In this document: positions 7,907 to 13,865 of the stretch, in pieces | Position numbering within the stretch: position 1 is the stretch's first letter | Layout of the letters: every line of letters begins with the position of its first letter | Source: Candidatus Electronema aureum | Lineage (GTDB): Bacteria > Desulfobacterota > Desulfobulbia > Desulfobulbales > Desulfobulbaceae | DNA length: 21,483 bases | Direction: 5' to 3' | Assembly: GCA_004284765.1 (NCBI GenBank) | Contig: NQJD01000041.1 | Span: 1-21,483 of the forward strand | The notes under the pieces: model-generated | Seen by the model: only the letters and a program-made list of their open reading frames with translations | What the model was told of the DNA's origin: nothing | Database searches by the model: none | Program-made: the position numbers and the translations under genes

Positions 7907-10627
7907 TCACCTACCCAGTAAAAGAGCGCTTCGGTCCGATATAGTCATTGGAATGATTAGCCTCACCACTATCTCCATTGCTTCTTCCTTGCTGCTGACC
8001 TCGCCGTTAAGCTGGGCCTCCAGCACCTGATTGAGCAAGGTGCGGAAGCGCGGGCCAGGCTGCAAGCCCAGTTCAAGCAAATCCTGTCCGCTGATTAACG
8101 GTCTGACATCGCGCAGATTGGTCACATAGTGAGAAACCGCCTGCTGGATGTATTTTTTCCGCGCAATCACCATGAGATAAAGCAAGCCTTCATTATCTAT
8201 ATCACGCAGCAGCCAGTAGATTTCGCTCGCCTTGAGCAAGGGGCGGCGCAGCATCTCAGCAGCAATGTGCTCGGCCTTGCTTTTCCGTTCTATAAGATGC
8301 TTGCGGTGCTTGGGTGGCACCTCAAAACGGTCGCAGAAGTGGCGCAGTTCTACGTCTCGTGAGCGACTGAACAAGGCTAAGAGGCGCACGCTCCAGAAAT
8401 CGCAATGCTTGTTGGTTTCAGGTAGATAGAGAAACCTGAACCATGAGATGGCCTTCTCCGCTTGGGTCATCATATAGGAAAAGCGGCGGTCAATCTTTAG
8501 GTTTGGGCGCAGATCAGGCCAGAGAAGCGGAAAGAGACCAAAGCCCTCCAAGCGTCGCAATGCAATGAGCGGATTGTCTTCCGAGAGAATACGACGCAGC
8601 TCATTAAAGAAACGAAGACCAGTGAACTGTTCACGCATGTGCATCTGCACTGCGTTGCGAATTAGCTTCTCCGAATGCTTGGTGATACGGAAGTCTAAGC
8701 GTTGCTCAAAGCGTATAGCGCGAAATATACGAGTAGGGTCTTCAACAAAGCTGAGGTTGTGCAGCACTCTGAGCTGACGTTCTTTCAGATCATTCTGGGA
8801 GCTGAAGTAATCAACTAAGAGACCGAAGCGATCAGGGTTGAGATGCACGGCCATTGCATTCACCGTGAAGTCGCGGCGGAAAAGATCAAGTTTGAGTGAA
8901 CTCTTCTCAACTATCGGCAGGGCAGCAGGTGCAGCGTAGTATTCTAATCGTGCAGTAGCTACATCGATCTTCATGCCGTTGAGTAACGTGACTGTAGCAG
9001 TAGCAAACTTCTCGTGTGTGCGTACAGTTGCTTGCTTTGTAGCAGCAAAGGCTTGCGCAAAGACAATACCATCTCCTTCTACGACGATATCAATATCAAG
9101 ATTGCGGGTTTGCAAGAGCAAGTCGCGGGCAAAACCACCGACCACGTAGGCACGCATCTCAACAGCGTTTGCAATTTCACCAAGCTCGCGCAGCAGGAGG
9201 ATGATTTCTCTGCCTAAGGTATCAACCATCAAGCGAGTGATGTTGCGACTACGTTCTGCTGAAGGATGCTCGTCCTGTCTGAGCAAGCTACGTGACTGAC
9301 GATGAGGATCATGCACCAGCAGATTGAGCAGATCGGTACGCGTAATCACGCCAACAATGCTTGCCTCATCATTCTCTTGACGAACAATAGGAATCAATCG
9401 TTGATGATGTTCAATAATCAGGTCTTGAATATCGGCTTGTGTCGCGTTCTCTGACAAGGTTTCGATTTCTGTACTCATGTAGTCGCCCACTGCTACAGCA
9501 CCGAGCTGATGAGCAATCGCCTTTTCCACGACCCGACGTGAGATTAAGCCAAGTAAACCCTTAGGATACGCCTTGTTTGTGTTATCGCGCACCACAGGAA
9601 GTCCGGTGAGACTATAGCGGGTAAGTAGCTCGCTGGCCTCGTTCATACTGATCTCTGGCGTAGCGGTAATCACTGGTGATGACATGATTTCTTTCGCCAA
9701 AGCCTTAGGACGAATACAGCGATACAACAAGTGCAGCAGCTCTTCTTCTGCCTCAAAGATGGTCTTGTTGGCAATCACAGCAGAGGCAGCCGAGGCATGG
9801 CCACCACCACCAAAGGCACGGGCAATTGTTCCGGCGTTGACTTCAGGAATACGACTACGGCAGATTAAATACAGTCGCTCGCCCATGCAAACCAAGGAAA
9901 AGACCGCATCTAAATTCTCCATGACCATCATTCTCCGCACTAAAGCAGAAAAGTCGTCAGCATAGTCAGGCAACGTTAGCCTGCTGATTGTTACTTGTAT
10001 CGACTGAATGGTATAGACGGCTGAATGCTTGAGCAGCTGGCTGAGAAGTGAAACCTGTGCGGCAGAAAGATCGTGGCTAACAAAGTGATTCACCACATTG
10101 AGCTTGGCTCCTTGTGCTAACAACCACGCTGCTGCTTGCAGATCAGCGGGCGTAGTGCCCGTGTAGAGAAAGGAGCCGGTATCCTCATGAATACCGATGC
10201 TCATCAGCGTGGCTTCGTCCGCAGTCAGGATGATGTTTTGCTCTTGAAAGATGCTGACAAAGATAGAAGTGGTGGAACCAAGCAGTTCTACATGCTCGAA
10301 GTCGCCGCGTAGATCACCGGGCGCATCGGGGTGGTGGTCGTAGAGGTGAAGCTCTAAGCCGGGGTTGCACAGGCATTCTTGCAGCCGATCAAGGCGGTCA
10401 GGCTGACGGGTGTCCACCACGATCAGGCGACGGACGGAAGTTAGGTCAAGGTTCTTGAGCTTCTTGAAATCGTATAGATTGCGGAGATCAGCAGAAAGGA
10501 ACTCGCCTATCCGCCGCTCGGCAGCACCAGCAAAGACCAGCACCGCGCCGGGATAGAGCTTTCGGGCCGCGATCATTGAGGCAAGGCCGTCAAAGTCGGC
10601 GTTGACGTGGGTGGTGATGATGTCCAT
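7907..10627 (-). CDS. Multidomain DHH/DHHA1 phosphoesterase - CBS pair - poly(A) polymerase/CCA-adding (tRNA nucleotidyltransferase) family protein (906 aa)
   Basis: DHH motifs HVNADFDGLAS, VVDT and LYDHHPD are present. The DHHA1 motif is GGGGHASAASA. The CBS region contains IMSSPVITATP and IPIVRQ....IVGVITRTDLL. The nucleotidyltransferase head is YVVGGFARDLLL...LDIDIVVEG, followed by the RRDFTVNAMA and FVEDPTRIFRAIRF blocks of the PcnB/Cca family. Confidence 0.8.
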   Translation of the reverse strand: MDIITTHVNADFDGLASMIAARKLYPGAVLVFAGAAERRIGEFLSADLRNLYDFKKLKNLDLTSVRRLIVVDTRQPDRLDRLQECLCNPGLELHLYDHHPDAPGDLRGDFEHVELLGSTTSIFVSIFQEQNIILTADEATLMSIGIHEDTGSFLYTGTTPADLQAAAWLLAQGAKLNVVNHFVSHDLSAAQVSLLSQLLKHSAVYTIQSIQVTISRLTLPDYADDFSALVRRMMVMENLDAVFSLVCMGERLYLICRSRIPEVNAGTIARAFGGGGHASAASAVIANKTIFEAEEELLHLLYRCIRPKALAKEIMSSPVITATPEISMNEASELLTRYSLTGLPVVRDNTNKAYPKGLLGLISRRVVEKAIAHQLGAVAVGDYMSTEIETLSENATQADIQDLIIEHHQRLIPIVRQENDEASIVGVITRTDLLNLLVHDPHRQSRSLLRQDEHPSAERSRNITRLMVDTLGREIILLLRELGEIANAVEMRAYVVGGFARDLLLQTRNLDIDIVVEGDGIVFAQAFAATKQATVRTHEKFATATVTLLNGMKIDVATARLEYYAAPAALPIVEKSSLKLDLFRRDFTVNAMAVHLNPDRFGLLVDYFSSQNDLKERQLRVLHNLSFVEDPTRIFRAIRFEQRLDFRITKHSEKLIRNAVQMHMREQFTGLRFFNELRRILSEDNPLIALRRLEGFGLFPLLWPDLRPNLKIDRRFSYMMTQAEKAISWFRFLYLPETNKHCDFWSVRLLALFSRSRDVELRHFCDRFEVPPKHRKHLIERKSKAEHIAAEMLRRPLLKASEIYWLLRDIDNEGLLYLMVIARKKYIQQAVSHYVTNLRDVRPLISGQDLLELGLQPGPRFRTLLNQVLEAQLNGEVSSKEEAMEIVVRLIIPMTISDRSALLLGR

Positions 10628-10724
10628 CTGCCCACTTTACTCGATTTGGCGGGGAGTCGCAGTATTTTGTAACGTTTTCAGACTGAACGTGACTCAGGAA
10701 AGACCACTTGAAAAATCTTCCCTT

Positions 10725-10757
10725 TTCATCGTGCTTTCATCCTCCATCTGGTAATTT
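10725..10757 (+). promoter_or_regulatory. Promoter P-A1: direct repeat TTCATC-N5-TTCATC plus extended -10 (TGG TAATTT)
   Basis: The sequence is TTCATCgtgctTTCATCctccatcTGGTAATTT, with hexamers at 10725-10730 and 10736-10741 and TGG-TAATTT at 10749-10757. The same architecture and spacing recur at 11230 and 11731. It ends 74 nt upstream of the ATG at 10831. Confidence 0.65.
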
Positions 10758-10830
10758 TTAAAAAACAAGGACAGGGCTGCATAGCTTTAGCTCTCAATCA
10801 ACAAACGGTATCACGAAAAGGAAATTCATC

Positions 10831-11145
10831 ATGAACAAACTAACAACAGGATTAATCGCCAGTATTTTGTTTACATTCATGGCGTTTAGCTCGGCAAGTG
10901 CAGGTAGGGATGACAGATATGAGCATCATGAACGTCATGATTACCGTAACGACAGGCATGATAATCCATATTCATCCAGTGTCTATATCCATCGTAATAA
11001 TGGTAGATACAGGGATCGTGACCGGCATGGATATAATCACAATCGGTACAGCCACAACGACAACTACCGTAGGAGCCATGACGGTTACAGGCAACACAAC
11101 AATATTGGCTATGGCCACGATATGCATAAACGATATGAGCATTGA
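10831..11145 (+). CDS. Secreted low-complexity His/Arg/Asp/Tyr/Asn-rich protein, family A (A1, 104 aa)
   Basis: Signal peptide MNKLTTGLIASILFTFMAFSSASA is followed by an 80-aa chain. By hand count it has 13 His, 15 Arg and 11 Tyr, with no Cys and almost no aliphatic residues. The RBS is AAAGGAAA. The signal peptide and the HER(H/Y)(D/E)Y..N....NPY motif are shared with A2. Confidence 0.7.
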   Translation: MNKLTTGLIASILFTFMAFSSASAGRDDRYEHHERHDYRNDRHDNPYSSSVYIHRNNGRYRDRDRHGYNHNRYSHNDNYRRSHDGYRQHNNIGYGHDMHKRYEH

Positions 11146-11229
11146 CGATAGAAATTCTCATTATCATCTGGAGGCATAAAACAGGCATCAGCAAATCAAG
11201 CAAGCCAGTCGTTAAAAAAAACATATTCA

Positions 11230-11262
11230 TTCATCTTCTGTTCATCTTCCTTCTGGTAGATT
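11230..11262 (+). promoter_or_regulatory. Promoter P-B1: direct repeat TTCATC-N5-TTCATC plus extended -10 (TGG TAGATT)
   Basis: The sequence is TTCATCttctgTTCATCttccttcTGGTAGATT, with hexamers at 11230-11235 and 11241-11246 and TGG-TAGATT at 11254-11262. It ends 63 nt upstream of the ATG at 11325. Confidence 0.65.
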
Positions 11263-11324
11263 AAAGACAGAAGGAAAGAGAACAGTAGCACAACTAACAA
11301 ACCACCAAAAAAGGAGACCTCATC

Positions 11325-11672
11325 ATGAAACGCGCATTCTTTCTACTGGCAGCTGCTATCACCTTATCCGCCGGAGCAGCAGAAGCAAGTCGGCATGAAT
11401 ACGGATACGGATACGGATACGGCAGAGGATATGGCTACGAAAGCAGGGCAAAATTTTATGGCACGGTTGATGCCATGCCTCAGACTGGTTTTAACGGTGT
11501 ATGGATGGTGAACGGTCGGCAGGTTATGATTACTCCCAGCACCAGAATTAAAGAAAAGTACGCCAGACTTGCTCTTGGTTCCTATGTTGAAGTGGAAGGA
11601 TATCATTCCAATGGCGGCTTCACGGCGTATGAAGTCGAAGTGAAAGGCGGAAGACAGTACGGCTACCGGTAA
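11325..11672 (+). CDS. Secreted protein, family B (B1, 115 aa): YG-repeat linker plus one ~65-aa DUF5666-like domain
   Basis: Signal peptide MKRAFFLLAAAITLSAGAAEA is followed by the linker SRHEYGYGYGYGRGYGYESRA. The domain is KFYGTVDAMPQTGFNGVWMVNGRQVMITPSTRIKEKYARLALGSYVEVEGYHSNGGFTAYEVEVKG. The RBS is AAGGAG. The DUF5666 assignment rests on pattern recollection, not a search. Confidence 0.75.
   Translation: MKRAFFLLAAAITLSAGAAEASRHEYGYGYGYGRGYGYESRAKFYGTVDAMPQTGFNGVWMVNGRQVMITPSTRIKEKYARLALGSYVEVEGYHSNGGFTAYEVEVKGGRQYGYR
11399..11422 (+). repeat. Perfect hexanucleotide tandem repeat (ATACGG)x4 inside B1, encoding the YGYGYGYG tract
   Basis: Read directly: four exact in-frame tandem copies at 11399-11422. 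Confidence 0.9.
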
Positions 11673-11686
11673 GCCGTCTCTACGAA

Positions 11687-11716
11687 CAGGAGGGATTGGG
11701 AAAAAAATCTCTCCTG
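11687..11716 (+). terminator. Hairpin after B1 (weak terminator candidate)
   Basis: CAGGAGGGA (11687-11695) pairs with TCTCTCCTG (11708-11716) with one G-U pair and a 12-nt loop. A-rich sequence follows rather than a U-tract. Confidence 0.3.
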
Positions 11717-11730
11717 AAAAATAAGGTAGT

Positions 11731-11763
11731 TTCATCTTCTGTTCATCTTGCATTTGGTAAATT
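11731..11763 (+). promoter_or_regulatory. Promoter P-A2: direct repeat TTCATC-N5-TTCATC plus extended -10 (TGG TAAATT)
   Basis: The sequence is TTCATCttctgTTCATCttgcattTGGTAAATT, with hexamers at 11731-11736 and 11742-11747 and TGG-TAAATT at 11755-11763. It ends 54 nt upstream of the ATG at 11817. Confidence 0.65.
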
Positions 11764-11816
11764 AGATAATAAGCAAGGAACAGCAGCTTTCATCCAAAGA
11801 CAAAAGGACTCTTATC

Positions 11817-12158
11817 ATGAAGAAGATTGGATTAGGACTCATTGGCAGTGCTTTGTTTGCATTCATGGCAGTTAGCTCGGCACAGGCAAGTAAGCATGAG
11901 GGGTACGAAGATCACGAGCGGTATGAATACGGCAACCGTTATTACAACCCCTACGGATATACCAATTATGATTACAACAATCAGTACCGTAATCATGAGC
12001 AGTATGAGCATAGCAACAATAGGTATAATACCTACAATCCTTACAACGGCACGTATGGTTCTGTCTATAACAATGGCTATACGTACAACAACGCCTCCAA
12101 TGCTTATGGTTACAACAATAACTACAGGCATCATGAGCGGTATGAATACCACCACTAA
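11817..12158 (+). CDS. Secreted low-complexity Tyr/Asn/His-rich protein, family A (A2, 113 aa)
   Basis: Signal peptide MKKIGLGLIGSALFAFMAVSSAQA is homologous to that of A1. By hand count the 89-aa mature chain has 23 Tyr and 19 Asn. It is bracketed by His/Glu motifs, HEGYEDHERYEY at the start and YRHHERYEYHH at the end. The RBS is AAAGGA. Confidence 0.7.
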   Translation: MKKIGLGLIGSALFAFMAVSSAQASKHEGYEDHERYEYGNRYYNPYGYTNYDYNNQYRNHEQYEHSNNRYNTYNPYNGTYGSVYNNGYTYNNASNAYGYNNNYRHHERYEYHH

Positions 12159-12189
12159 TATCGCCATCTGAGTAGGCACAGAAATATCG

Positions 12190-12226
12190 TCACGGCTCTG
12201 AAGATGGCCACTCTTCTGAGCCGTGA
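12190..12226 (+). terminator. Long hairpin after A2 (probable transcript end or stabiliser)
   Basis: TCACGGCTCTGAAGA (12190-12204) pairs with TCTTCTGAGCCGTGA (12212-12226). This is a 15-bp stem with one central T-T mismatch and a 7-nt loop. No U-tract follows. Confidence 0.45.
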
Positions 12227-12351
12227 TACAAGAACAGCTTCGTGACGGGTATTTCCTGTATATAGAAAAGATGCAATTTATCATTTTCTACATCATGCTT
12301 TTCAAACATCCGCATGATGTGCAGCGTACATCATAAAAAGGGGAAAAAACT

Positions 12352-12666
12352 ATGAAACGTGCATTATTTCTACTGGCCGCAGTCTTGGCATTGTCAACTG
12401 GGCCAGCACAGGCAGATGACGATGATGACAGAGAACACCATACCAGCAGTGCTAAATTTTATGGCACAGTCGAAGCATTGCCTCCGTCAGTCAGGAATGG
12501 TATTTGGTGGGTAAATGGTAGGGAAGTGATAGTGAGTCCCAGAACGAAGATAAAAGAAAAGCGCGGCAGCATTGCTGTCGGAGCTTATGTTAAAGTGGAA
12601 GGCTATCTCTCCGGCATTGGATTAGCAGCTGATGAAATTGAAATCAAGGGCAGTAGAAGACACTAA
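12352..12666 (+). CDS. Secreted protein, family B (B2, 104 aa): poly-Asp/His linker plus one DUF5666-like domain
   Basis: Signal peptide MKRALFLLAAVLALSTGPAQA is followed by the linker DDDDDREHHTSSA. The domain is KFYGTVEALPPSVRNGIWWVNGREVIVSPRTKIKEKRGSIAVGAYVKVEGYLSGIGLAADEIEIKG. The RBS is AGGGGA. Confidence 0.75.
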   Translation: MKRALFLLAAVLALSTGPAQADDDDDREHHTSSAKFYGTVEALPPSVRNGIWWVNGREVIVSPRTKIKEKRGSIAVGAYVKVEGYLSGIGLAADEIEIKGSRRH

Positions 12667-12775
12667 ATCCTGATTGAAAAAATTCAGCAGATCAACTAAA
12701 TTTACATTTTGCTTCTTGATTAAGAAACAAGGTGGGCAGCACAACAACCCGATTGTCCAAAAGGAGGACATCATC

Positions 12776-13378
12776 ATGAAAAAGGCATTTCTTTCGTTGG
12801 CAGCAATTTTGGCATGTGTATCAATAACGACAGCAGCTCAAGCCAGTCGGGATGAATATTATGAGCGTGGTGAATACGGCGAGCGTTATGAAGGACGCGG
12901 CTACGATGACGGTGGCAGACGCTATGAAGAAAGCAAATTTTACGGCACAGTAGAAGCAATACCACAAGGCGGTCGGGATGGCATTTGGCGAATCAGCGGC
13001 CGCGATGTTGTGGTCAATCCGAATACGTTTATTAAAGAAGAATACGGCAGAATGGGAATCGGCGCACAAGTTGAAGTAAAAGGTGGCGGTGCTCCTTTCA
13101 TGGCGTATGAAATCGAAGTCAAGAGCGGCAGCAGAGCAATGGGCAACGCTCCTGTGATGAATGGTGGAATAAAGTTTTATGGTCCCATTGAGGCTATGCC
13201 CCAAGGTGGTTTTCTCGGCACTTGGCGGGTTGGTGGTCGGGACGTCCTTGTCACCCAGAACACCTTTATCAAACAAGAATACGGCAGAGTTGCCCCTGGT
13301 GTGCAAGTGGAGGTGAAAGGTAGCGGTACTCCTTTTGTTGCCTATGAAATTGAAGTCAAAGGTGGTACCATGCGCTGA
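12776..13378 (+). CDS. Secreted protein, family B (B3, 200 aa): Glu/Tyr/Arg/Gly linker plus two tandem DUF5666-like domains
   Basis: The start ATG at 12776 follows the RBS AAGGAGG (12761-12767). Signal peptide MKKAFLSLAAILACVSITTAAQA is followed by the linker SRDEYYERGEYGERYEGRGYDDGGRRYEES. Domain a runs KFYGTVEAIPQGG...AYEIEVKS and domain b runs KFYGPIEAMPQGG...AYEIEVKG. Confidence 0.75.
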   Translation: MKKAFLSLAAILACVSITTAAQASRDEYYERGEYGERYEGRGYDDGGRRYEESKFYGTVEAIPQGGRDGIWRISGRDVVVNPNTFIKEEYGRMGIGAQVEVKGGGAPFMAYEIEVKSGSRAMGNAPVMNGGIKFYGPIEAMPQGGFLGTWRVGGRDVLVTQNTFIKQEYGRVAPGVQVEVKGSGTPFVAYEIEVKGGTMR

Positions 13379-13391
13379 TTTTTTCAGTGAG

Positions 13392-13420
13392 CCTACAAGA
13401 GTAATTTTTACTCTTGTAGG
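13392..13420 (+). terminator. Perfect 13-bp hairpin after B3
   Basis: CCTACAAGAGTAA (13392-13404) pairs with TTACTCTTGTAGG (13408-13420) around a 3-nt loop. It is preceded by TTTTTT and not followed by a U-tract. Confidence 0.4.
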
Positions 13421-13457
13421 CAGAACTTCAATGATCACGAGCAAGGAAAAAGGTATC

Positions 13458-13811
13458 ATGAGGAATAGATTATTTTTGTTTGCCGCAGTTTTTGTTGTTT
13501 TTACAGGGGCAGCTCAGGCCGAAGAAAGCGGTCAAAAAAATCAGCTCAAGCAGCATCATTACCAGCCAGGTCAAGGATACGAGCAGGAACCTGAATATAA
13601 ATTTTCTGGTCGAATCACAAAAATTCCTGAAAATTCCTTGTCAGGTATCTGGGTTATTAATAATGATCGCCAAATTGTTGTTTCACCAACCACGAACATC
13701 AAGCAGGAGAATGGTAAGGCGATTGTCGGTGCCTCTGTTGCAGTGAAAGGTGTGCTGCAAGGAAGCAACTTCATGGCCACTGAAATTGAGGTTACGACTG
13801 ACATCCCTTGA
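13458..13811 (+). CDS. Secreted protein, family B (B4, 117 aa): divergent DUF5666-like domain
   Basis: Signal peptide MRNRLFLFAAVFVVFTGAAQA is followed by the linker EESGQKNQLKQHHYQPGQGYEQEPEY. The domain is KFSGRITKIPENSLSGIWVINNDRQIVVSPTTNIKQENGKAIVGASVAVKGVLQGSNFMATEIEV. Confidence 0.7.
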   Translation: MRNRLFLFAAVFVVFTGAAQAEESGQKNQLKQHHYQPGQGYEQEPEYKFSGRITKIPENSLSGIWVINNDRQIVVSPTTNIKQENGKAIVGASVAVKGVLQGSNFMATEIEVTTDIP

Positions 13812-13865
13812 TCACCGCTTGTTTCTCTCTCAAAAGCACCTTAATTCATTCAATCAGCAAATATT

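Noticed and set aside
10886-12284. Long alternative-frame and antisense ORFs over A1 and A2 (10886-11230 -, 10898-11179 +, 11832-12284 -, 11842-12171 +)
   Set aside because: The repetitive AAY/TAY/CAY/GAY/CGN codon content leaves all frames open. Only the chosen frames have an RBS plus a canonical signal peptide that is conserved between the two paralogues.
12674-13457. The N-terminal extensions of B3 (12674) and B4 (13335), and the 212-aa antisense ORF at 12821-13459
   Set aside because: The extensions lack an RBS and would bury the signal peptides. For B4 the extension also runs through the 13392-13420 hairpin. The internal ATGs at 12776 and 13458 have RBSs and yield proper signal peptides. 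The antisense ORF has no motifs.
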